64,000 nucleotides of DNA from Laetmonice hystrix (taxonomy: Eukaryota): positions 37,636,001-37,700,000 of the forward strand of contig OZ249436.1 of the NCBI GenBank assembly GCA_965235115.1, in the 5' to 3' direction. The notes below the pieces were generated by a model. It had not been told where the DNA came from. It was given only the letters and a program-made list of their open reading frames with translations, and searched no databases. How positions within the stretch are numbered: position 1 is the first letter of the stretch; every line of letters begins with the position of its first letter. The position numbers and the translations under genes were made by a program. Below are positions 12,406 through 26,589 of this stretch, one piece after another.

Positions 12406-15400
12406 CTAGCCCGACTGATTGCTAAAGCAATACAGGGATCCCTTCCCATGACGAGGAACAATGAAGCAATAATAAAAATAATGATAACGAGGCAATAGGT
12501 GTTGCTAGGCAACATTTATGTACATGACGTGCACCTAGCCATGACGTGTACAACTACGTGACGTGTACCTAGCCATGAAGTCTACCTAGCCAAAACCAGA
12601 CATGGCGATTAGTATGGCTATAACAATGGCACAACAGGCATTGGTGTATTATGACGTCATTATGACGTTATACGTCACACGACGTCATAAGTTTTGTTGG
12701 CAACTGAAAGAGCATCTATGAGTTCCTATTCGGGTTCAATAGTAACTATGATCGTATCTAGCATCGTTTAGGAGTTACAGGCCTCTGAAAATCCTTAGAA
12801 AATGGCAATGACGTCATTATGACGTCATACGTGATGATAGGTCAAAAAGGTTGGTGGCATTCGAAAGAGCATATATGACTTCCTATTCATGTTCAATAGT
12901 AACCATGGCTCTATCTTACACCGTTTTGACAGAGTTACCGCCATTTGTTTCTCAAAAATGGCTATGACCCAATTTCGATGTCACATGGTATGCTGAAAAT
13001 AGTGCACAGCCCTTAGTCTGATCCCGGGGATCTGGGAAACCCCATGGAGATTCCCTGGTATAAATTTGGGCTCGATTTGTCAAAAATTGTTGGAGTTGAG
13101 GCGAATTAGTAACATTTTGAGCTGTGACCTAGATTTCAAGAAGGTCAAAGGTCAGAAGTCAAATTGATGAATAAAATTATTCCCTCTCAAGTGGCAAGCT
13201 AAGTGCTATGAATGAATTTTCTCTGATCATGGGACTGGTACAATGAGGCACAATGAGGTACTTCGCAAAACACCAAATTACGTCATGACGTCACGTCATA
13301 TGACGTAAATCTTGGTGTCATTTGAAAGAGCATCTATGAGATCCTATTCGTGTTCAATAGTACCTATGACCCTATCTAGCACAGTTTAAGAGTTATAGGC
13401 CTCTGAAAATGCCAATGACGTCATTATGACGTTATACGTCACATGACGTCATAAATCCTGGTGTCAATTGAAAGAGCATATATGACTTCCTATTCGTGTT
13501 CAATAGTAACCATGGCTCTATCTTAAACGGTTTCAGAGTTACAGCCATTTGTTTCTCAAAAATGGCTATGACCCAATTTCGATGTCACGTGGGATGCTAA
13601 AAATAGGGCACAACACCTAGTCTGATCCCGGGCCTCTGGGGAATCCTATGGAGATTCCCTGGTATCAATTTGGGCTCGATTTGTCAAAAATTGTGAGAGG
13701 AGTATCGAAATAGTCACATTTTGACCTGTAACCTAGATCTCAAGAAGGTCAAGGGTCAGAGGTCAAATTGATAAATAAAATGATTCCCCCTCGAGAGGCA
13801 AGCTGGGTGCTATGAATGAATTTTCTCTAACTGATCATGGGACTGGTACAATGTGGTACAATGAGGTACTTGCCAAAGCATCAAATAACGTCATGACGTC
13901 AGGTCAATGACGTAAATGTTGGTGTCATTTGAAAGAGCATCTATGAGTTCCTATTCGTGTTTAATAGTAATTATGGTCCTATCTAGCACCGTTTACAGAC
14001 CACTGAAAATCCTTAGAAAATGTGAATGTCACTATGACGTCATAGTTTATACGTCACGATAGGTAAAAATGTTGGTGTCAATTGAAAGAGTATCTAAGAC
14101 TTACTATTCATGTTGAGTAGTAACCATGGCTCTATAATACCGTTTCAGAGTTACAGTCATTTGTTTCTCAAAAATGGCTATGACCCAAATTCAATGTCAC
14201 ATGCCATTTCTCTTGTTTTAAAGTTTAGCACCTGGTCGCACCCCCCCCCCCCCCCCCTTGGCAATATCCCGGGTCATGGGCTGCCACATATCGCCATGTG
14301 GGAGGAAGGGGGTCCCCGATAATACTAGTCCCAATATGGGGAAGGTAGGGGGTCCCTGATATTTAGCCGACATATTGATATGTGACCATCCCTGGCCCAG
14401 ATATTCTCAATCCAATACAATACAATATGTTTATTCACAACCTCGATGGAGGCAAAGGAACAGGGTCAGGGATTGTATCTTATAGTAGCACTGCTCACTC
14501 CATCTGCCACCGCCAGGGCCCGGCCCCCTAGCGTGAGGACAGTGTATAGTCGAGACGTGCTGGTACCTGGTGTCAAACTTCGCCCCCCCCCCCCCCCACG
14601 GTTGATTGTGTGCTAACAAGATGGGTTTTTGATTTCTTACTCTAGCCATTTCCTTAGCCAAAACGCAGCCATGCTTTTTAAAACGTTACACACAAGAAGC
14701 TATAAATGTTTAATCTATACATCGACTTTCAAAGCAAAAGTCTACATTAAATATTTACAAAGACAGGCAGCAGTAGCAATTCAAAGCAGTAGCAGCAAGC
14801 AGAACGTACAAACTCCAAGGATCCTTGGTAGCTCTTCAGAAAAGTATATGCTTAATGTGCGACAGGTCTGGCGTTCGATTCCCCATCAAGTCATTTGCTG
14901 TTTTCGTTTTGATGTTGTTTTTCGACTGAATTTGAAAAATATTATGTTTCTCCCCTTTACAATTGCCAGTCACTCGGCTACAGATAATTTACAGCTATAT
15001 TTCACGTTTAATGACGAAATATACAGCATATACACCACTCACTCTCTGCAGTGTGGACTTACTATGGAGAACGCCATTGGATTTAACTGAGTTTTGTTAG
15101 TAAATAGCTTCGGTCTTCACATGGCGAGTTCCATTCCGAGACTTGGAATCTTCTCTTCAAAGTTGCCTGACATTGAGCTAAATATCTACTTGAAGTACTC
15201 CCCATAGTTTTAGGCAGAAATATTAGATACTTATTAATACAGAGGGCGATAGGCTCAGCGTCCACAGTCGGCCAATCACGCGGACACCGAGCGAGGCCCC
15301 GACATCACTCACGAAACCAGGTTTCTAGGTCAATCGATCAGTGGTCAAATTGCCTGTCTCTCTTCACGACCTTCTCTTATATAATTGATCTCCGTATTGT

Positions 15401-16228
15401 TAATTATATATTTTGCCAATTGAAATTTATATTATCTTAAAGTAGACAGTTTAAAGTCCACACCGTGTAAATATTAAAACGCTGAGCTTATTGTCCTGTA
15501 GTTGAGACGTGTCCCAAATTAAGAAAGAGATGACGTTGTAGATGACGTCACAAGTCACGTGGCACAAAAAATATGGTACCTAATTAAAGTAGACATAAAA
15601 CTTTCTAAGGTTCATTAAGAATTATGGCTCTGTCTCAAATCATGCAAGAGTTACAGCACAGAATCTTCGAAATGACCTAAGTCAAGCCCAAGTTCAAAAC
15701 TTTCAGGTCACGTGGTTCAGCGAAAATAGGTCAAATCGCTTATCCACCGAGGAATCTGTTGGAGCTGTCCCTAGAGAGTGCCTCTGCGAAATATTGTCAA
15801 GATTTATCCAAAAATGGGGAAGAAGTAATGATTTAACCGATTTACGAGCTAGGGACCAGGTCTCTCTAAGTTCAAAGGTCAAAGGTCAAATGAAGGGTCA
15901 GACTTATGCAGCACCCTTGCCCGACTAAAATGCCATGACGGATTTTCGAAATTCCCAAGATGAGGTTCAAAAATGAGCTTTAATGTACACAACACGTTTC
16001 ACGTCATGACGTCATGACGTGACGTTACGTGACGTCATGACGCACCATGAGATCAGAGTTTGTCATCGTGAAGACGTAGCCCAAGTTTCATTGAGATATC
16101 TTGAAAAATGACTGAGATATACGTATAGGTTTACGACTACTACGACTACTACTACTACTACAGGCATAAAAATAAGGAAGACGAAACCAGACAATTTCAA
16201 GATCCCTTCCCCTATCGGGGGAAGGGAT
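12406..16228 (-). mobile_element. HINE family B, copy B2 (near-identical tandem copy of B1)
   Basis: Head-to-tail repeat of 8565-12400. Differences are a few substitutions, poly-C length changes and one 12-bp repeat-unit indel. Confidence 0.85.
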
Positions 16229-16242
16229 AATAATAATAATAA

Positions 16243-18444
16243 CTAGTCATGTCGTGGCGAGACCACGATGGATCCCATCCCCGGGGTGACATGTCCTTTC
16301 TGTAATTGAGTTTGAGTAGAGTTACGTTCAAGGCAGACACTTCCCGACACATCTGTGATAGGCAGTGGTGTTTGGGAAGTTCCAGGTAACGTGTCAAGTT
16401 ATGACCGTGAGAGAATATTTATGACATCCTTATGACGTCATAGTAACTATGGCTGCATCTTCAACCATTTACAAGTTATAGCCCAGGGAATATATAGGTG
16501 ACCTCCTTATGACGTCATAGGTCACGTGACGTACAAAACAATGGTGCCAAATGAAAGACCATACATGACCTCCTATTCGTGTTCAATAGTAGCTATGTCC
16601 CTATCTGGCACCGTTTACAAGTTATAGCCCTGAGAAAATGCCAGTGACATTCTCATGACGTCATAGATCACGTGACCTGGAAAACGAAGGTGCATAATGA
16701 AAGAGCATACATGACTTCCTATTCGTGTGTAATAGTAACTATGGCTGTATCTTCAACGATTTACAAGTTATAGCCCTGGGAAAATATTGGTGACGTCGTT
16801 ATGACGTCATAGGTCACGTGACGTACAAAACAATGGTGCCAAATGAAAGACCATAAATGACTTCCTATTCGTGTTCAAGAGTAACTATGGCCCTATCTGG
16901 CACCGTTTACAAGTTATAGCCCTGGGAACATATTGGCGACCTTGCTATGACGTCATAGGTCACGTGACCTGGAAAATGAAGGTATATAATGAAAGAGCAT
17001 ATATGACTTCCTATTAGTGTTTAATAGTAACTATGGCTCTATCTTAAACCATTTACAAGTTATAACCCTGGGAAAATATAGGTGACCTTGTTATGACGTC
17101 ATAGGTCACGTGACTTGAAAAATATAGGTGCAAAATGAAAGAGCACATAAGACTTCCTATTAGTGTTTAATAGTAACTATGGCTCTATCTTCAACCATTT
17201 ACAAGTTATGGGCCTGGGAAAATATAGGTGACGTCGTTAAGACGTCATAGGTCACGTGACCTACAAAATAATGGTGTCAAATGAAAGACCATAATGACTT
17301 CATATTCATGTTCAATAACAACTGTGGCCCTATCTGTCACCGTTTACAAGTTATAACCTAGAGAAAATGTCAATGACATCCTTATGACGTCATAGGTCAC
17401 GTAACCTGGAAAATGAAGGTGTATAATGAAAGATTATATATGACTTCCTATTAGTGTTTAATAGTAACTATGGCTCTATCTCCAACCATTTACAAGTTAT
17501 GGCCCTGGGAAAATATAGGTGACGTTTATGACGTCATAGGTCACGTGACCTCCAAAATAATGGTGTCAAATGAAAGACCATATATGACTTCCTATTCGTG
17601 TTCAAGAGTAACTATGGCTCTATCTGGCACCGTTTACAAGTTAAAGCCCTGAGAAAATGTCAATGACATCCTTATGACGTCATAGGTCATGTGACCTGGA
17701 AAATGAAGGTGTATAATGAAAGAGCATATATGACTTCCTATTAGTGTTTAATAGTAACTATGGCTCTATCTTCAACCATTTACAAGTTATAACCCTGGGA
17801 AATTATAGGTGACGTCGTTATGACGTCATACGTCACGTGACCTACAAAATAATGGTGTCAAATGAAAGACCATATATGACTTCCTATTTATGTTCAATAG
17901 TAAGTGTGGCCCTATCTGGCACGGTTCACAAGTTATACCCATAAATGTCTCAACTGACTGCTGTTGAAAACTTTAAGGTCACGTGGCTCAGTAAATATAG
18001 GTCAAATGGCTAATCCCTCTTTGTATGTTTTAAACCTTTCGATGCAGAGTGGTACTACCTGATATTGTCAAATTTTACCAAGAAATGGAGAAGGGGTAGC
18101 GATTCAACCCGATACTGACCCAGGAGCCCGTTCTCCCTAAGGTCAAAGGTCAAAGGTCAAATGAAGGGTCGACTTGAGACAGGATCCTTGCCTGATTAAG
18201 ACGCCATGATGGGTTTTGAAAATTTCGAATATGACCTTTAAAAATATGGCCCCAATATGTAAGACACGTTTGACGTCATGACGTCATGACGTGACGTGAC
18301 GTGACGTCATGATTAATTGTGTGACCTGACTTTGTCACGGTGAAGACGTGTGCCAAGTTTGATTGACATATCTTGAAAAATGACTGAGATAGACGAAATG
18401 TCTAACTCCTACTACTACTACTACGACGCAAAGAATAATAATAA
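16243..18444 (-). mobile_element. HINE family A, copy A3 (terminus displaced)
   Basis: Family A left end. Ends at (aat)n with no terminal module. Confidence 0.8.
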
Positions 18445-20331
18445 CTAGTCATGTCGTGGCAAGACCACGATGGATCCCATCCCCGGGGTGACGTGTCCCT
18501 TCTGATATTGAGTTTCAGTAGAGTTACGTTCAAGGCAGACACTCACACATCTGTGATAGGCAGTGGTGTTTGTGAAGTGCCAGGTAAGGTGTCAAGTTAT
18601 GGCCCAGTGAATATATAGGTAACCTCCTTGTGACGTCATAGGTCACGTGACGTACAAAATAATGGTGCCAAATGAAAGACCATATATGACTTCCTATTCG
18701 TGTTCAATAGTAACTATGGCCCTATCTGGCATCGTTTACCAGTTATAGCCCTGAGAAAATGTCAATGACATCTTTATGACGTCATAGGGCACGTGACCCC
18801 AAAAATAATGGTGTCAAATGAAAGACCATATATGACTTCCTATTCGTGTTCAAGAGTAACTATGGCTCTATCTGGCACAGTTTACAAGTTATAGCCCTGA
18901 GAAAATGTCAATGACATCCTTATGACGTCATAGGTCACGTGACCTGGAAAATGAAGGTGTGTAATGAAAGAGCATATATGACTTCCTATTAGTGTTTAAT
19001 AGTAACTATGGCTCTATCTCCAACCATTTACAAGTTATGGCCCTGGGAAAATATAGATGACGTCGTTATGACGTCATAGGTCACGTGACCCAAAAAATAA
19101 TGGTGTCAAATGAAAGACCATATATGACTTCCTATTCGTGTTCAATAGTAACTATGGCCCTATCTGGCACCGTTTACACGTTATAGATCTGAGAACATAT
19201 TGGCGACCTTGCTCTGACGTCATAGGTCACGTGACCTGGAAAATGAAGGTGTATAATGAATGAGTATATATGACTTCCTATTAGTGTTTAATAGTAACTA
19301 TGGCTCTATCTCCAACCATTTACGAGTTATGGCCCTGGGAAATATAGGTGACGTTTATGACGTCATAGGTCACGTGACCTCCAAAATAATGGTGTCAAAT
19401 GAAAGACCATATATGACTTCCTATTCGTGTTCAAGAGTAACTATGGCTCTATCTGGCACCGTTAAAGCCCTGAGAAAATGTCAATGACATTCTTATGACG
19501 TCATAGGTCACGTGACCTGGAAAATGAAGGTGTATAATGAAAGATCATATATGACTTCCTATTAGTGTTTAATAGAAACTATGGCTCTATCTTCAACCAT
19601 TTACAAGTTATGGCCCTGGGAAAATATAGGTGACGTGGTTATGACGTCATAGGTCACGTGACCTCCAAAATAATGGTGTCAAATGAAAGAACATATATGA
19701 CTTCCTATTCATGTTTAATAGTAACTATGGCCCTGTCTGGCACCATTTAGAAGTTATACCCATAAATATCTAAACTGACCGCTGTTGAAAACTTTAAGGT
19801 CACGTGGTTCAGTAAATATAGGTCAAATCGCTAATCCCTCTTTGTATGTTTTGAACCTTTCGATGTAGAGGGGTACTGCCAGATATTGTCAAATTTTTCC
19901 CAGAAATGGGGAAGGGGTAGCGATTTAACCCGATTCTGACCCAGTCGCCAGTTCTCCTTAAGGTCAAAGGTCAAAGGTCAAATGAAGGGTAAACTTGAGA
20001 CAGGACCCTTGCCTGATTAAAACGCCATGAGGGGTTTTGAAAATTTCGAATATGACTTTAAAAAAAATTGCCCCAATGTGCAAGACACGTTTGACGTCAT
20101 GACGTCATGATGTGACGTGACGTGACGTCATGATTGATTGTGTGACCTGACTTTGTCATGGTCAAGATCTGAGCCAAATTTGATTAAGATATCTTGAAAA
20201 ATGACTGAGATAGAACGACATGTCTTACTACTACTACTACTACTACTACTACAACTACAACGCAAAGAATAATAATACGGAAGACGAAACCAGACAATAT
20301 CAAGATCCCATCCCCTGACGGGGGATGGGAT
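18445..20331 (-). mobile_element. HINE family A, copy A4 (complete)
   Basis: Both ends present; terminal module cggaagacg...caatatc...ATCCCATCCCC-tgacg-GGGGATGGGAT. Confidence 0.8.
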
Positions 20332-20333
20332 AA

Positions 20334-22534
20334 CTAGTCATGTCGTGGCGAGACCACGATGGATCCCATCCCCGGGGGGACATGTCCCTTCTGATATTGA
20401 GTTGAGTAGAGTTACGTTCAAGGCAGACACTTTCCGACACATCTGTGATAGGCAGTGATGTTTGTGAAGTGCCAGGTAAGGTGTCAAGTTATAGCCCTGA
20501 GAGAATATGTATGACATGCTTATGACGTGATAGTAACTACGGATCTTTCTTCAACGATTTACAAGTTATAGCCTGGGGAATATATTGGTGACCTTGTTAT
20601 GACGTTATAGGTCACGTGACATGAAAAATTATGTTGACAAACGAAAGAGCATATATGACTTCCTATTAGTGTTTAATAGTAACTATGCCTCTATCTTCCA
20701 CCATTTACAAGTTATAACCCTGGCAAAATGTATGTGACCTCCTTCTGACGTCATAGGTCACGTGACCTAAAAAATAAAGGTGGCAAAGGAAAGATCCTAT
20801 ATGACTTTCTATTCGTATTCAATAGTAACTATGGCTGTATCTTCTACCATTTACAAGTTTTAGCCCAGGGATTATAGGTGATCCCCTTATGACGTCATAG
20901 GTCACGGGACGTACAAAAGAATGGTGCCAAATGAAAGACCATATATGACTTCCTATCCGTGTTCAGTAGTAACTATGGCCCTATCTGGCATCGTTTACAA
21001 GTTATAGCCCTAGGAAAATATTGGCCACCTTGCTATGACGTCATAGGTCATGTGACTTGAAAATTCTGGGTGCATAATGAAAGAGCATGTATATATAACT
21101 TCATATTAGGGTTTACTAGTAAATATGCCCCAATTTTCAACTATTTACAAGTTATAGCCCTGAGAAAATGCCAATGACATTCTTATTACGTCATATGTCA
21201 CGTGACCTGGAAAATGAAGGTGTATAATTAAAGAGTATATATGACTTCCTATTAGTGTTTAATAGTAACTATGGCTCCATCTTCAACCATTTACAAGTTA
21301 TGGCCCTGGGAAAATATAGGTGACGTCGTTAAGACGTCATGGGTCACGTCACTTACAAAACAATGGTGCCAAAAGAAAGACCATATATGACTTCCTATTC
21401 GTGTTCAAGAGTAACTATGGCCCTATCTGGCACAGTTTACAAGTTATAGCCCTGAGAAAATGTCAATGACATCCTTATGACGTCATAGGTCACGTGACCT
21501 GGAAAATGAAGGTGTATAATGAAAGAGCATATATGACTTCCTATTAGTGTTTTATAGTAACTATGGCTCTATCTTCAACCATTTACAAGTTATGGCCCTG
21601 GCAAAATATAGGTGACGTCGTTATGACGTCATAGGTCACGTGACCCAAAAAATAAAGGTGTCAAATGAAAGACCATATATGGCTTCCTATTCGTGTTCAA
21701 TAGTAACTATGGCCCTATCTGGCACCGTTTACAAGTTATAGCCCTGAGAACACATTTGCGACCTTGCTCTGATGTCATAGGTCACGTGACCTGGAAAATG
21801 AAGGTGTATAATGAAAGAGTATATATGACTTCCTATTAGTGTTTAATAGTAACTATGGCTCTATCTTCAGCCATTTACAAGTTATGGCCCTGGGAAAATA
21901 TAGGTGACGTCGTTATGACGTCATAGGTCACGTGACCTACAAAATAATGGTGTCAAATGAAAGACCATATATGACTTCCTATTCATGTTCAATAGTAACT
22001 ATGGCCCTATCTGGCACCGTTTACAAGTTATACCCATAAACATCTAAACTGGCCGCTGTTGAAAACTTTAAGGTCACGTGGTTCAGTAAATATAGGTCAA
22101 ATCGCTAATCCCTCTTTGTATGTTTTGAACCTTTCGATGTAGAGTGGTAATACCAGATATTGTCAAATTTTACCAAGAAATGGGGATGGGGTAGCGACTC
22201 AACCCGATTCTGACCCAGGAGCCAGTTCTCCCTAAGGTCAAAGGTCAAAGGTCAAATGAAGGGTCGACTTGAAACAGGAACCTGGCCTGACTAAAACGCC
22301 ATGAGGGGTTTTGAAAATATCAAATATGTCCTTTAAAAAAATGGCCCCAATGTGCAAGACACGTTTGACGTCATGACGTCATGACGTGACGTGTCGTGAC
22401 GTCATGATTGATTGTGTGACCTGACTTTGTCATGGTCAAGATCTGAGCCAAGTTTGATTGAGATATCTTGAAAAATGACTGAGATAGACGAAATGTCTTA
22501 ACTACTACTACAACTACAACGCAAAGAATAATAA
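20334..22534 (-). mobile_element. HINE family A, copy A5 (terminus displaced)
   Basis: Family A left end. Ends at aataataa directly before family C. Confidence 0.8.
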
Positions 22535-25500
22535 CTAGTGACAACGTGCCCTGGGCACAGGTATCCCATTCACCTATTGAGGTTATCATAGGTCACGTGA
22601 CCTAAATAAAAATGGTGTCATTTGAAAGACCACATATGACTTCCTATCTGTCTTCAACAGTAACTACGGGCCTATCAGGTTCTGTTGCCAAGTTACTGCT
22701 ATCAGAAAATATCGATGACGTCAATGTGACGTCATGGGTCACGTGACTGAAAAAAATACCTGTGCCAAACGGAAGAGCATATATGATTTCCTATTCAAGT
22801 TCTATGGTAACTTAGGCTCTATCTTCTATAGGTTCTGACTTCTAGCCCTGTGAAAATATTGATGAGGTCACTGTGACGTCATGGGTCACGTGACCAAAAA
22901 AAATATGGTGCCAAATGGAAGAGAACATATGATTTCCTATACATGTTCTATAGTAACTTTAGCTCTATCTTCTATGGTTTCTGAGTTATAACACCTTATT
23001 GCATTATGGCCTAATTTTTTCAAATTTGAGATCACGTGACTCAGTAATTATAATGAAAATTGAAAAAAACGCTTGGCTGATTTAAGCGGGCCGCCACTGT
23101 GCATTCTTGATAAAAGTTTCATCTCAATCGGATAATATTTTTCACCATTCAGTGGTGTTAAAATCGGAAATTAGGTCAACTTGGCCGCCATCTTGGATTT
23201 TTCAAATTCAGTTCAAATGGGTCAAGTTTTCCATCCTAACCCCAATGGTGAAAACCAGACGTTGATATCTTTTACCGTTTTCGAGATATCAATGATTTTT
23301 GGTTGAAAATGACCTAAAAGGGCCAACTTTGAGGGGCCATAACATAAAAACTATTGATTTTAGGGGAGCCATCTCGGAGTCAGAGACAGCTGACCCATTA
23401 CCCAATCCAATGGTGTTAAAATCAAAAATTAGGTCAACTTGGCCGCCATCTTGGATTTTTCAAATTCGAGGAAAATGGGTCAAGTTTTCCATCTTAACCC
23501 CAATGGCAAAAACCAGACGTTGATATCTTTAACCGTTTTCGAGATATCACTGATTTTTGGTTGAAAATGACCTAAAAAAGGCCATGGAGCCAGATGGGGT
23601 CACGTGACAGCATTTAAATAGGGAAATGAAAGGTGATATAAGATGTCCCATGAGTTTAATTAGTATCCATGCACACATCTGGGTCTTTTTCCAAGTTACA
23701 GTTATCTGAATTTACCGATGACGTCATAGGGTCAGGTAGAGCCACGTGACCTAAATAAAAATGGTGTCATTTGAAAGGCCATACATGACTTCCTATCTGT
23801 CTTCAATAGTAAATAAGGGCCTAGCTGGCTCTGTTTCCAAGTTACTGCTAGTTGAAAATACCGATGACGTCATTGGGTCACATAGGGTCACGTGACCTAA
23901 ATAAAAATGGTACCATTTGAAAGGCCATATATGACTTCCTATCTGTCTTCAATAGTAATTATGGGCCTATCTAACTCTGTTTCCAAGTTACTGCTATCTG
24001 AAAATATCGATGACGTCATAGGGTCACGTAGGGTCACGTGACCTAAATAAAAATGGTGTCATTTGAAAGGCCATACATGACTTCCTATCTGTCTTCAATA
24101 GTAACTATGGGCCTATCTGGCTCTATTTCCAAGTTACTGCGAGTTAAAAATACCGATGACGTCATAGGGTCACGTAGGGTCACGTGACCTAAATAAAAAT
24201 GGTGTCATTTGAAAGGCCATATATGACTTCCTATACATGCTCTATAGTAACTTTGCGTCTATCTTCCTTCGTTTCTGAGTTATAGCCCTATATTGCTTTC
24301 TTGGCAAGTTTTCTCAACATTGAGGTCACGTGACTCCGTTAATTTGGGTCAAATTGAAAATCCGCTCCCAATAATTTTTAGAGGTGCCTACTGTGCTTCC
24401 TTGAGTGCTGTTTTATTGAATTTCACCAGTAATTTTCAGACTTTAAGTGATTTAAGTGAATACGTCCTTTTGACCTAGTTTCCATATAGGTCAAAGGTCA
24501 AAGGTCAAACTGCCCATCATAATTTTGCTAGCCCCTTGTCCAATAACGATGATGCCAATAGTTTTTCTAAAAGTCTAATTTCCCATGAAATATAGGCCTA
24601 TACATCTGAAACCGTTTTTACGTCATTACGTCATGACGTTACGTCATATGACGTCATGGGTCACATGGCCAACTCAACTTACCATGGCCGACCTATGTGC
24701 CAAGTTTCATTGAGATATCTTGAAAAATAATACCAATTATGGGTAGAAACTTAACAACTACTACTTCTACTACAGGAATAATAATAACTAGTTGCGAGGT
24801 GCCCAGGGCACAGGTATCCCATTCACCATTCAATGGTGTTAAAATCGGAAATTAGGTCAACTTGGCCGCCATCTTGGATTTTTCAAATTCGAGGAAAATT
24901 GGTCAAGTTTGCCATCTTAACCCCAATGGCGAAAACCAGACGTTGATATCTTTAACCGTTTTAGAGATATCACTGATTTTTGGTTGAAAATGACCTAAAA
25001 GGGCCAACTTTGAAGAGCCATAACATGAAAACTATTGATTTTAGGGGAGCCATCTCGGTGTCAGAGACAGCTGACCCATTACCCAATCCAATGGTGTTAA
25101 AATAAAAAATTAGGTCAACTTGGCCGCCATCTTGGATTTTTCAAATTCAAGGAAAATTGGTCAAGTTTGCCATCTTAACCCCAATGGCGAAAACCAGACG
25201 TTGATATCTTTAACCGTTTTAGAGATATCAATGATTTTGGGTCACATAGGGTCACGTGACCTAAATAAAAATGGTACCATTTGAAAGGCCATATATGACT
25301 TCCTATCTGTCTTCAATAGTAACTATGGGCCTATCTGGCTCTGTTTCCAAGTTACTGCTAGCTGAAAACACTGATGACGTCATACAGCCATGTAGGGTCA
25401 CGTGACCTAAATAAAAATGGTGTCATTTGAAAGGCCATATATGACTTCCTATCTGTCTCCAATAGTAACTATGGGACTATCTAGCTCTGTTTCCAAGTTA

Positions 25501-26556
25501 CTGGTAGTTGAAAACACTGATGACGTCATACGGCCATATACGGTCACGTGACCTAATTAAAAATGGTGTTATTTGAAAGGCCATATATAACTTCCTATCT
25601 GTCCCCAATAGTAACTATGGGCCTATCTAGCTCTGTTTCCAAGTTACTGCTATCTGAAAATATCGATGACGTCATAGGGTCACGTAGGGTCACGTGACCT
25701 AAATAAAAATGGTGTCATTTGAAAGGCCATACATGACTTCCTATCTGTCTTCAATAGTAACTAAGGGCCTATCTGGCTCTGTTTCCAAGTTACTGCTAGC
25801 TGAAAATACCGATGACGTCATAGGGTCACGTAGGGTCACGTGACCTAAATAAAAATGGTGTCATTTGAAAGGCCATACATGACTTCCTATCTGTCTTCAA
25901 TAGTAAATAAGGGCCTATCTGGCTCTCTTTCCAAGTTACTGCTAGCTGAAAATACCGATGACGTCATAGGGCCACGTAGGGTCACGTGACCTAATTAAAA
26001 ATGGTGCCATTTGAAAGGCCATATATGACTTCCTATATGTGTTCAATAGTAACTATGGGCCTATCTGGCTCTGTTTCCAAGATATTGCCATGAATGTGTT
26101 AATTGACCCATTTACCAAATTTCAGGGGCTGATATTTGGGTCAAAATAGGCCAAATCAAAATTATGGTCCCTAACTTTTTGAAACCCCACCATGTAGTCT
26201 CCCTGAACTTAATTTTGACTCAATTTGACTAAAATTCTGGCGCGTGAAAGGATTTGGTCAAATTTTGACCCATGACCTAGATCTCAAGAAGGTCAAAGGT
26301 CAAAGGTCATTTGGACCATGGGTCCTATAGTACTACCCAAGGCATGGTCCATGGTGGCAACCATTTCCCAAAATCCTTATTTGTAAGTGACATAAAGGCT
26401 CATAAAAAAATACCAAATTTGACGGTTATGACGTCATAAATCCATGACGTTACGTCATATGACGTCATGGGTCACATGGTCAACTCATCTTCCCATGCCC
26501 AACCTAACTGCCAAGTTTCATTGAGATATCTTGAAAATTAAGACCAAAGTTAACAG

Positions 26557-26589
<33 letters not shown>

